Origin: the human T2T-CHM13v2.0 reference genome, Homo sapiens
NCBI RefSeq assembly: GCF_009914755.1
Contig: NC_060941.1
Reading direction: 5' to 3' (one strand)
Length of the DNA: 64,000 nt
Position numbers and translations under genes: made by a program. Under the pieces are notes generated by a model. It saw nothing but the letters and a program-made list of their open reading frames with translations. It made no database searches and was not told where the DNA came from. Shown here one piece after another: positions 31,323 to 45,654 of the stretch (within the stretch, counting starts at the first letter, position 1; every line of letters starts with the position of its first letter).

Positions 31323-31755
31323 TAAAATATAAATTATATTTATTTAATAGCTATAGGACTATGCAGGTTATCTATTTCATCTTAAGTGAATTTTTGGTAG
31401 TTTGTGTTGCTCAAGGACTTTTTCCCTTTCATCTACATTGTCAAATGTATGCCCATAGAGTTGCTTGCAGTAATCTCTTATTATACTTTGAGTATCTATA
31501 GTGTCTGTAATGATATCTTCTCTTTCATTCTTGATATTAGCAAATCTATTCTTTTCATTCTTTGTCAGTCTGGCTAAAAGTTCATTGATTCCATTCATCA
31601 CTTAAAAATCCAGCTTTTGGTTTCACTGATTTTCATTATTGCTTGTGTTCAATTTCATTGATTTCTACTTTAAAATTATTATTTCCTTCATCTGCTTACT
31701 TTGGGTTTAACTTGTTCTTTCGCCAGTTTCTTTAGATGGGGGTTTAGATTCATAA

Positions 31756-32096
<341 letters not shown>

Positions 32097-32673
32097 AAGA
32101 TTTCTCTTTGTTTCTCAGCAATTTTAGTACTGTGGCTAAGTGTGACTCTTTGTATTTAAACTTGAAGTGCATTGAGCTTTTTGGATGCGCAAATTGATGT
32201 TTCTCATCAAACTAGAAATTTTGCAGCCAATCATTCTTCAAACGTATTTTCTGCTCCTTTGTCTCCTCTTGTTCTGGTACCCGCATTACACATATGTTGG
32301 TGCACTTATGGTATTCCACATTTCCGTGAGGCAATGTTCATTTTTCTGCATTCTTTTTTCACTCTCTTCTTTGGCCTGCATAATCTCTATCAATCTATCT
32401 TCAAGTTCACTGAATCTTCTGCCAGTTCAAATCTATTGCTGAGCCCCTATGGTGAATTTTTCACTTCGGTTATACGGTTTAACACTATAATTTCCATCTG
32501 TTTTTTTTTTTTGCTTTTTGTTTTTAGAGATGGGGGTCTCACTATGTTGCCCAGGCTGGAGTACAGTGGCTATGCCTCCTGAGGAGCTGGAACTATAGGT
32601 GCATGCCACTGTGCCCAGCTCTGGTTCTTTTTCATAATTTAAATCTCTTTATGATATTCTGTATTTGATGTGA

Positions 32674-33001
<328 letters not shown>

Positions 33002-36000
33002 CATCACAGCTTTCTTTACTTCTTTAAACATCGTTTCCTTTAGTTCTTTGAACACATTTATAATGGCTATTTTGAAGTCTTTGTTTGTTAAATCTGGTCT
33101 CACAGGCCATTTCTGTTGCATAATTTTTCTCTGTATAAGGGCCATACTTTCCTGTTTCTTTGCATGTCTTATAATTTTTTTTCTTGAAAATTGGACATTT
33201 TAGGTAATACAATGTAGCAACTTTGGACACTGATTCCCCTCTCCATGAGTAATTTTAGTTGTTTTCATTTGTTTATTTGATTAGTGGCTTGGCTAGACTA
33301 TTTCATAAAGTATATTTCTCCCACAGGGTGAAGACTTTGGAATCACCCCTCAGTGTATGCAGCCTTGGGCATGCATACAGTCACCTGTGATGACAGTGGA
33401 TTTAGCAGGGCTCCTCTGTTTTTTCCCCTTATCTTTTTGTTGAACTCTATATCTAATTTGATATGACACCCAGCTATTATGTCTACTAATTGCTGGCTGT
33501 TTGTTCTATTATTTTCAACAACACCCTGGGTCATAAATTGCTCCATAGGCTGATCCAATTAAATTCAGGCAGGGGTAGATGCTGAGGTAGTCTCTGAGGA
33601 TTGTTCTGACCCCAGGAGGACTCTTCTTAGCTGTCTCTGTCCCTGGTTCTCTCTGGTGAATGTACTAGCCTGTGGTTTAGCTTACTGCTGTTAATTAGTA
33701 GGAACTACCAGTCTCCTCTTTAAAAATCTCCATTGTTTTCTACAGCATCCTTAGGTTTGAACTTCCCAACACTGTTTCCATTAGTCCATTTCTTTGAGGA
33801 GAGCTTCTGATCTCACTGGTCTTCAGACTGCCTCTCCCCCTGTACAAAAATCTATGAGCTACTACACTGGGCACTGTGCAGAGGGAGTAGCTTTCTTGTT
33901 CCCGGCTTGCATCTCTTGGAGTGAAATCTCTATCCTATGAACAAGTCGAGGTAAGGACAATGAAGGCCACAGTATTCTTGACCTACTGTGTCTGGGGTAG
34001 AGCTTCTGCCCTATCAGTCTTGGCTGAGTGGAGGAAAAGAGCCCTTTCCCCCAACCACTAAGCTGCACTCACCAGGAATTTAGCCACCTCCACTTAGACT
34101 TCAAAGGGATAAGAAATGCTGGCAGCATGCCCCTCCCAATACGATACTGTATCCCTTGATTGGGAGCTCAGGGGAGAGAAACTTCATCTTCTTTGCCACA
34201 CCCACTGGGAATGGAATTTCTGTGAAGCTGAGCTGGAGAAGGAACAGGGGAAAAGTGAAAGCGAGTCATGGTTGAAGTGCCAAAAACTCTTGCTGTTCTT
34301 ACCAAGCTGTAGTTGATTTTCTTGAATAAATGTCTTCATTTGCTCTATGCCTTTAGGACAATTTCCAGATTTAATTACCAATTAGCAATTATGCTTGTTT
34401 TGCTAGGGAGCACATCTGTGGAGCTCCTCATGCTACCATTCTAGAAATAGAAACCCCCTCTTCTTTTCTAAAATAAGTATTTCATGCTGTAAATTTCCCA
34501 ATGAAACCTACTTGGGCTACATCCCACACATTTTGATATGTTGTGTTGTCATTTTAAAATATTTTCTCATTTCCCTTGAGATTTTTTCTTTTACCCCTGG
34601 ATTATTTAGAAGTGTGTTGTTTAATTTCTAAATATTTGTGGATTTCCCAAATAATTTGTTACCAATCTCTAGTTTAATTCTCTATGATCTGAAAAATTAT
34701 TATCTTAATCATTATAATTATATTGTAAGGTTCTGAAAAATGGCGATGCTTGTTCATTTGTCTCAGTGGACAGTCAACTGCATTCAGATCAGTCTGCGAA
34801 TTCCATCTCTCCTACGGACAGTAGCTCTGGTGTCAGTTTCAAGTTTGAAGTCTTTACTATGTCATTTGAGTCTGCCTCTCACATGTACCACTCAAGGGGT
34901 GGTCTGGGACTAGGGCAATAGTTTACATGACAGTTCAGTTCTCTAAGACTTCTATGAGGCTATGATTTGGGGGCTATGTTCCACACATGTCCACCTTGGG
35001 GAAAGACTGGAACTTGTATGGTTCATACACAGACTACCAATCCCCTTCTCCCACTCTTTCCATTCCTGGATTTCCCTGCATACTCTCTGGCTCTGAGAGC
35101 TTCTTTTCCAGTCCCACTGGCCAAACTCTGAAGGAACCTCATTGCACTATTGTACAGTTCCAGGTGACTAGGCATACTCTCAGAGGAAAGTATAATAGCA
35201 AGCGAAAATACATGGGAAAAAAAAAGTATATAAAATGTTCCTCCCATATTCTTTGCATGAAGAGAGGTTTCTTTTATCTGTTGATCCAGCCAAACAGATG
35301 GGCGCTAACTGCTGCCCTTATACCACAATAGCATAGTTTTTCCACTGGGGCTGGTCTAGAGGCAGGGCCAAGAAAGAAAAAAAAAATCCCCTCACATTCT
35401 TCCATTCTCCCACTTCTCTGGCCAAAAAGATGGGCTGCTCTGTAAGTTTCTGCCATCCATGCCTGCTACACAATCCCTCAATTTGGCCCACCCTGGAGTC
35501 AAAGCTGGGAGTTAAGGAAGAAAAAAAACACAAACAGAAAACCAGGAAACTTCCTGCCACTATATCAGTGATTCTTCATATTCCAACTTCCCTCTCAATC
35601 GGCCTGTTATTATTGACTTTTCAGAGTCCCCAGTTGGTTTGCTTTTTGTATTTTGTCCAGAATTCTTGGTTGTGGGAGAACCTGGCTGTAATAGATTTAC
35701 TCATGGCCAGAAGTTTACATTCACTTTTAAAAGAAATAAATGTCAACTTCTCAAATAAAACTCTGAATATAGTTACACTCCCCAAAAGCAAGCTTTGGGG
35801 AAAATGCTATAAATACTGTTACGGCTTTGTTTGTTTTTTATGAATAATAAATATTTACTATTTAAAAAAACACTTAAAATGTTAAGAAAATAAGTGCTGA
35901 TATTTTACCATGTGGAATTATCAGCTACCATTTTGAGTAGATACTTCCAGATATTTTTAAACTCTAGAGAAAGACAAAGAGAATTTGTCTTATCAAAGTA

Positions 36001-36180
36001 TTAATTTTTTATGTAAACCACTCTCATAACTCTTCTTCATTTGGGTAACTTTGTCCTAGTCTCAAAATCTGACACTTTCACTCATTTGTGGAAAACTACA
36101 GCCAAATGAGAAGCCTAAAATATCAGAATTTTCAGCTCAGTTTCTCTCCCAGACCATTGCGTAGTATGAAATGGACAGGA

Positions 36181-36340
36181 GTCAGGCATGGTGGTGTGCA
36201 CCACCAGCTACTCAAGAGGCTGAGGCAAGACGATCACTTGAACCCATGAGTTCAAGGCTGCAGTGAGCACTATGATCATGCCACTGCACTTTAGCCTTGG
36301 TGACAGAGCAAGACCCTGTCTCTAAAAAAAAGAAAAAATA
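36181..36340 (+). mobile_element. Alu right monomer (FRAM/AluJ-like)
   Basis: Partial Alu consensus with A tail. Confidence 0.8.
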
Positions 36341-37500
36341 AGAAAATGGGCAGGTTTCTAACCTACATGAAAAAAAAAGCATGAAATTGCCTAAAATAAA
36401 ACTAGATAAGACAGCTGAAATTAGATGCTTACTTAATGAGAATTGTCCCAACTAATCATACCACAAAGTACCCCATTAATGAACACATTTCCCTTCTCTG
36501 TAACCTTAAGTAAAATTACAATAAAGACCCATGAAGAAGAGGAAAAGAAAAGAAAAAAAAGAAGAGAAAAAGAAGAGAAAGGAGAAAAAGGAAAAAATAA
36601 GAAAAGAGACTACAAATCTCTGTGTAATTAGAATTGCAAAGAAAATATTATCAATTCAATTACCACACAAGAGTAAGGATAACATAATTTTCTTAGGATA
36701 AAAGTTGGTCTTTCTATGTATGGCCATTTTTCTTTTAAACCATCAGTCAATAATGACCATGATTTTTAGTGCTAAATTTAAAAGCTTCATTCAATGGAAG
36801 ATTTCAATTGTGTCAGCAAGCTAATTTTTCCCATCCATTTCTATACCTATAAGGTAGATAAAGGGATTTAAATTCAAAGAGAGACAGGATGCTTAACTTG
36901 TTTCATGATTGTGATTTTCATTGAATGTTAATATTATATGCCTCACTTATCAAAGAAAATTCACAAGCACATTCTAGAAACCAGAATGAACATACTTATG
37001 ACTTTTTCCTACTACCTTAAAACTGTAGCACTTTACAAAGGAAGCTACAAATAATTCCTAGTCAACATCAAAAACTTCCAATATTCCTGACATAGATCTT
37101 AAGATATTACATTAATCGCAAAATAAATAGAATCTAAAACTTGAAAAACCAAATAAGACATAATTTTTAAAGTTTTTTTTCAAATGGGTACACATAGAGT
37201 GTTTCACAATGATCCACGAGTCACTAAAGGGAGAATGTTCCAAAGCCTCCATCCATGCAAGCACTCAAATGAACTTACAAATAGCGAATACCCACAGCAC
37301 AAACATTCAGCTTGTGACTTAGAGAGTCAGACACGAAATAGGTAAAAAATATATTGAGAAAGCAAGAAAGCGTCATAAAAACTAAATGTTGAAAAGTTTA
37401 AATATTAAGAAAAAATACAAGAGAAAAATATCATTGCTAGTTTTTAATAAATAAATCTCTATTTGAATTATGTATTCCTAGAAAAAATACTAACATACTC

Positions 37501-37575
37501 CTGGGAAAATAAAGAATACATTTGGGAATTTGATTTCTGGGAAAATAAAGAATATATTTGGGAAAAATTTGATTT
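37501..37575. repeat. ~36-bp tandem duplication
   Basis: ctgggaaaataaagaata(c/t)atttgggaa...tttgattt occurs twice. Confidence 0.85.
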
Positions 37576-38792
37576 TTTAACAAAAGCTAGAAAATTCAAA
37601 TTCTACAACATCTAAGGCATCAGAATGAAGGTGTTGACAGTAACATCAGTAATATAAAAAATGTATCCGTAGTCCAGAGCACAAAAATTAACTCTGGCTA
37701 CTAATGGATCACTCAGAGGAAGAAAGAAAACAAGCCAGTCACACATTCTCAGACAAAACTAAAATCAAAGCAAAATCTAAGCTTTCTAATAAATTGAATA
37801 CTTAAATTATTCTATTTAAAGAGATATTGCTCAGCCTGATTAATGCCTATATGGTACAAATATATAAAAATGCAAGACTTATATTTTACACTGTAAGTGT
37901 ATTCTTTGAACAATAAAAATGTGAAACAAAACCCTAGACAGACCTACTTTTAAAGTATTACCTCACAATATCTTAAATGTTTTATTTTAATTTTATTATA
38001 CCAAGGAAAGATTTAATTCTCAGAACAGTTAAACAACCGTGAAAAGTACTCTATGTGCTAAGTAATGTATATCATGTTTCAAGTGGCTAAGGGCAAAGGT
38101 GAGTTTAAAAGGATAGCTCCAGAATTTTCTTTTCCACTTTGATGTTGCTCTCTGGCAAAAGGAATTTGTCTTTCTGAAGGATTTCCTGTGCTCTTCTCCC
38201 ACACTGGTAACAGGACTTGCCTCCAATGGCAACTTCCCCTGCACCTTAAAACATGAAAATGTTTTTCTTTTGATTTATTATCCTCCTCTCATCAATTCTA
38301 CTTCTCTCCTTCTCTAGAAAACTCCCAAAATTAATAGGAGGCCCACATTAATTTCCTATCCATTTCCCAACCTTCTAACTGTGCCCATTCCATGAACCAG
38401 ACATCCTCCCTTACTCTGCTCTCCACCCAGACCTCCTGACTCTCTGAGCTCTCCAAAGATTAGAGCTGTTCTAGTCTCCGGGCGCAGCTGCCTCCTCAAA
38501 CAGTGTGACTCCAACATATACCTCCAGCTCTTGACTCTCAGGAAGCTCTAGGCCTTGAACTATCCCATTTAACCTTACCAGTTTTCAAACTCCACTATTT
38601 AAATTAAAACCTTTAAAATGGATCCGCCCTCATCTGACAGTCAATTAACTGACAAAAGGCCAACATTTCCGTTTCTCAGAACCAAGCCTTTAGGTGCCCT
38701 TCAGTTCAGCCTTTCAATCAGTCACTTAGCACATTTTACTCTCTCAAAAGTTTTTCCTTTTTACCTTTCCCTCCTCCCAGCAATCATACTAA

Positions 38793-39169
<377 letters not shown>

Positions 39170-39324
39170 TCAAGACTTTGTCTGCATTTCTACTCATATC
39201 CAATAGAACTTTCATAATCCCACCAAGTCAATTTCCCTAAAGCACTGCTTTCATTAAAGACCATTATTAGTAGGAAGTTTTTAAGTTTTTTGAAATAACA
39301 ATCCCTAATGTCAGTGAATAGGTG

Positions 39325-39386
39325 GAAAATGGACAACTGATATACTGCTGGTTGAAGAAAATGGACAACTGATACTGCTGGTTGAA
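39325..39386. repeat. ~31-bp tandem duplication within an old L1ME remnant
   Basis: gaaaatggacaactgata(ta)ctgctggttgaa occurs twice. Confidence 0.85.
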
Positions 39387-40548
39387 ATTGGTATGAACCT
39401 TCTGGAAGACAATGTACCAAAGATGTAATGTAAGCTAAGAAAGCAATCAAATATGTATAAAAAGATTCTTATAAGGAATTTTACTGCAAAATTACTTGTG
39501 TTAAACAAACTGGGAGCAATTCAGATGTCCAAAAATAGCAGAACACTTAAAAAGTTTATGGAATATCCATCCGAAAGAAAAATAAATGCTACCATTCACA
39601 GTCATTTATATAGAATTCTTATAAATTCATATAAAATGTTAAATTGCATATAAGATAGCATTTATAATAAATTTTGTTGAATCTTATAAAAACACACAGA
39701 AAAAAGGGAGGAAAAGATATGTTATATAACAAAATGTTAACACAGGTCTCTGTTGATTTTTATTCCTCTGATTTTCTATATTTTTCAAATTACAAATTAT
39801 TTTTATAATAAAACATATTCTAAAATCATTCTAAGCACTTTTTGTTGTTTCCTCAAAGCATTTAAACAGTTAGCATTTATGTAAAGTGAAATGAGAAAAA
39901 AAAAATGCAGGGCTCAATGTTGCCTAAAATTTAAAAGCTAAACTTCTCAATTTAGCATTCAAAGCTCCAATGCAACGCAGCCTGACACAGTGCCCACAGA
40001 TTCCATACATAAATTTCAAACACCCAATCACGACAGCTCACTTACCCCACTACATCTTTCTTCGTGCCTATTTCTGCCTCCAATTCCCACCTCTCTACCT
40101 CTCCAAATACTTTCATGACCCTCAGCCTCTATAAACTGTTTTCCGTAAGAGCTGCTCATCCATGGGGTCCCCTTGAGTGTTTTTAACCCAAATGGCTGTG
40201 TTGCTTCAAGTTCTCCCTTCCCTCCCCTCCACCTCGGGCGACTCACATAACTCATCTTGGTATTCTACCATATACTATCTTTAATTATTATTTATTATTA
40301 TTTAACTATTTTATGTGCATATCTCTTATTTCACACATAACAAAGTTAGCTTGTTGGGGACAGGGACTATTTTATGTTTGTTCAGAATGTTATTTATTTC
40401 CTATACTTAAGCCCTTCTCAAGGCCACACAGTAACATATGTCTAACATCCAACGTTCACTGAATAAAATCAAATTAGTTCAGATATTATACACATACAAT
40501 ATGATTTTGACACATCTATATATACATAAAGCAAATACTTTTTTTTAC

Positions 40549-40626
40549 CCCAAGATTCCAACTATTAAGGCGAGCTTCAATGTCACTATCATCCAAAGAA
40601 ACAGGAGATTTTTTCGAATAAACTTC
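40549..40626 (-). CDS. CEP112: CEP112 coding exon (78 bp, phase 0-0): EVYSKKSPVSLDDSDIEARLNSWNLG
   Basis: Minus strand gtatttcag|GAAGTT...CTTGGG|gtaaaa; peptide visible inside ORF 40516-40866. Confidence 0.94.
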
Positions 40627-40635
40627 CTGAAATAC

Positions 40636-40860
40636 AAAAGGGAAAAAGGAAGAGGAGAGGAAGGAAAGATGGAAGAAATAAAAGGAAAAGATGGAAGAGA
40701 TAAAAGAGGAAAAGATAGAAGAGATAAAGGGAAATAAAGAGGAAGGAAGTAAAAAAGGAAAAAAGGAAGAAAGGAAGGGATGAAAAGAAGGGAAAGAGGG
40801 GGAAGGGAGGGAGAAAAAGAAGAGAAAGAAGTGGGACGGGAGGGAGAAAAAAAGAACAAA
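40636..40860. repeat. ~225-bp GA-rich tract (polypyrimidine on the CEP112 strand) abutting an exon acceptor
   Basis: Read directly. Confidence 0.95.
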
Positions 40861-41296
40861 ATACATGTCATTCAGCGCAATGAGAGTTTTGTGTGCTTGT
40901 CTGGTAATGCTGTATTGCCCTCAGAGGAAAGGATTAGGTTACAACTGAACTAGGGTTCTCAGTTCTAAGTAATGACTGCTGAGGGCTATGAGCTGCCTTA
41001 ACAATATATTCACACAGCAACTAAATTTCAAAAAAAAAAAAATTAAAAATTAATCCAGGCTCTTCTCTTTAAGTTCTTTTACAAAAAGTTTTAATTGTGG
41101 TATACCACAGTAGCTTTAAAGTGTATTGTCGGGGGCAGGGGCGACGTGAAAAGATGAATTATTCTCATAAAAATTAGTTAACAGGGAAGTTTTGTGATGA
41201 TGTCCAAGAAGCTCTTTGTTCTTAAATTAATTCTCACTCACACACTGAATATAAAGATAAATAATCTTTGGACTCACATCATAAAAACACAATTAT

Positions 41297-41620
<324 letters not shown>

Positions 41621-42264
41621 TCACTTTTTAAAACATAACAATTCCACGCTTTTTTCCCTCCTGTATAATTTTTGTATTACACATTTATCAGCCCCAGATG
41701 AAAACTATAATGAACTAGAGACAACCTAAGATCTGTACCCAGAAATTGACAATGACCAGAAAACCCTAAAAACTAAGAAAGGTAAGTCTGTGGAAAAGAA
41801 TGGCTACCTGACAGCCCAGAAAGTGTATTTTAAAATTAGATTTGTTGATACAGCATTCTCATGCTTTTAGAAGGCTTAATTGCTAACAAATGTACCTATT
41901 TATATCTATGGTCATTTAAATTACTATGAAGTAATTTTTTTAAATGCACTAAAATGTTCTTCATATTTTACTGAGTTTCTACATTTCTTTTCAATACAAT
42001 ACTGCATTATTATTTATAATACTATATTAAAATTCATTATCACTTCTACTAGTGGTCCTCTGCTTTTTGTATGTTTTTCTCATGAACAAGAATTTCTTAA
42101 ATAAGACAATGTACCTGCCTTGCTTATTCTGAGTAAATATAATGATTGTAGTTTATCACTATTTAAAATATGCTGCCCTTTATATTTTTTTAATTCCAAA
42201 TTATCATTCGATAAAATGCAATGAGTTATGTATATAGTGCTATGTGCTAAAACAGTCATGTGTT

Positions 42265-42602
<338 letters not shown>

Positions 42603-42691
42603 CTAAAAGTCATGTAACTCAAGACAGCCAGAGTTAGGCAATAAAGACTGGAATAAGCAGGCACAGTGTTTCTCTTTTCCAAGCTAACTGG

Positions 42692-42991
42692 GGCTGGGTG
42701 CAGTGGCTCATGCCTGTAATCCCAACACTTTGGGAGGCTGTGGCGGGTGGATCACTTGAGGTCAGGAGTTCAATACCAGCCTGGTCAACATGGTGAAACC
42801 CTGTCTCTACTAAAGATACAAAAATTAGCCAGGCATGGTGGTGCATGCCTGTAGTCTCAGCTACTTGGGAGGCTGAGGCAGGAGAATGGCTTGAACCCGG
42901 GAGGCGGAGGTTGCAGTGAGCCAAGATTGCACACCACTGCTCTCCAGCCTGGGCAACAGTGAGACTCCATCTCAAAAAAAAAAAAAAAAAA
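42692..42991 (+). mobile_element. AluS element
   Basis: TSD aagctaactgg at 42681-42691 and 42992-43002. Confidence 0.95.
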
Positions 42992-43458
42992 AAGCTAACT
43001 GGAGTGCTCATTAGCACCTTGTCCAAAGCAAATCTATGTTGAACAAATAGATGCAAGACAGACATTCTTATTTCAAAATATACAGTTTACCTTCATTAGA
43101 AAAGCAGTGTTCCCTACTTCACTACAAGTTAATTCCAGCTTCTTCTTAATTTTATGATCACTGGGTATATAATCATTTCCACATAAATTCTGAACAAAGG
43201 GAAAATGTTATTCTTTGACACACAGGAGAAACAACAGATTGATGAATATAACACCTCAGAATCATTGAGGAAGTAGAAGGGATACTACACTATATACCAA
43301 ACACCCCACCTTCTTTAACATCAGGATGTTCACCAGAATCATCCAACTTTATTCTGTTTTGAAGCAATCATTGGTACTTCAACAAATGAAATTAAAACTT
43401 TGTTCAGCTATTTTAAAACAACAAGCAAAAACCAAACAAAAGTAAAATCTAATCTTAC

Positions 43459-43552
43459 ACAAATCTTTGGGGTAATATTTTGTCCATCTTCTCTGTGAGT
43501 TGGACTCAAGGAGTGTGATCTCACTCGGAGCTTCCCAGTGTACTGTTCCCTG
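43459..43552 (-). CDS. CEP112: CEP112 coding exon (94 bp, probably exon 5): (S)REQYTGKLRVRSHSLSPTHREDGQNITPKIC
   Basis: Minus strand ctcttag|CAGGGAACAG...ATTTGT|gtaaga; open frame. Tandem TAGCAG acceptor, so the alternative boundary is 43549. Confidence 0.92.
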
Positions 43553-43664
43553 CTAAGAGACCAAAATAATCGCAATCACAATTTGGAGAATTCAGAGGAC
43601 ACAGAGTATTAGAATCTAGGATTACCATTTCTTTCCCTTGGAACTGAGATGATAGTTTGTATTA

Positions 43665-43874
<210 letters not shown>

Positions 43875-45344
43875 TCAAAAAAAAAAAAGAAAAGAAATAC
43901 AAGTAATAACCTTTTTATTTATATTTCATTTCATTTAAATTATAAGAAGTTACATAAATGCCACAGACTTGCTTATGCAAATGCTATTTTTAAGTCAGAC
44001 TGTAATAAATCACCTGTATTTAAATCTTTTCTCCTCCTTTCCCATTTTTCCCAAGTGTAAAAAGAGAGAAAATGAAGCATATATTCTACGGGAAGAACAT
44101 TGTTTTAAGGTCAGCAAACTTGGTTGGATTCATGTTCCACATCAACATGAAGCCTTAAAATATATAAAATAACAAAACCTTCATGTAGTTTAAAGTTTCA
44201 ATTAATTTGAAAGCATGTCAGAAACCACAGATATATCAAAATCTTCTATTTAAAAACACACCATGTTAATTTAGGTAAAATGTGAAATGCAGAGTAAGTA
44301 GGAAATGAGTTTAAATGGACTTCATCAAAAAGACTCGTCTCTAATATAAATATCATATAAAATACATTCTTAAATGGCCTCCTTTAGCCTGGAGTCTCTC
44401 TTATATGATTTTATTCAAACCACTTCAATGCAAGTCCCATGATTATGAACACCTATTCTCTGAACAACTGCTTCAAGATATATTAAATGGAAAATAACCA
44501 TTATACAATGAATTAAAGTCACTAACATTCAACCACAAACCATATTAGGATTTCCTTCACAAACTGTGACCTACACGAAGTATTTCTAAAAGACAGAATG
44601 TTAATTCAAAAGACAATATTAAAACAAATGTATTTTGTAATTAAAACTCACAGAATAACATTCCTTAGACTAGTTAATAAGTAATGTAAAATGGCTGAAA
44701 AAGCTGTTTTAAAGAGAGCTGTTTTTTTTAATACCCCTATTCAGTAGTACAAACATCCAAATAGTTAAAATCAAATGAGAAAAATGGGCAAAGTTAATAT
44801 TTTGAGTATAATTGTACCAGTCAATGTGCATCAGCTGATACAAGCATTTAAAACTCTATGAGGAGAGGTAACCTAATATGTCATACTAAGCAGTGGCGTA
44901 TTCTTAAGAATAGATTAAATAATCATAAAAAGATCTATACTTAAAAATTGAAAAATGCTTAAATATTAAAATTCTTCTCATAAAAAAATACTAATTTAAA
45001 AATGAGCCTGAAATGTTTATCTATTTATTGCACAGGGTTGCATACATAAAACGACACACCCTCTTGTTTCACTTGTAGCTGTCCTTCTGTACCAACCTCT
45101 TTACCCTCACGATAAATTTTCAAAAATGTTATTGGGTCCATGCTCTAACTTGTCATATATTTTTCAATCAACTACAGTATGACTTGCATTCATCCCAAAA
45201 GTCCTATAACTAAGGTCATCAACAGTCTCCTAGACACTCAAGAAAATGAGTCATAATCTGTCCTTAATTTAGTTGATCTCACTAAAACATTAGAGATAGT
45301 AGTTTAAAGATGCTGCATTCAATGGCTCCATAAAACCATTCTCT

Positions 45345-45654
<310 letters not shown>

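Noticed and set aside
44880-45060. AT-rich unique segment as a matrix-attachment region or replication origin
   Set aside because: Composition alone is not evidence in an AT-rich intron
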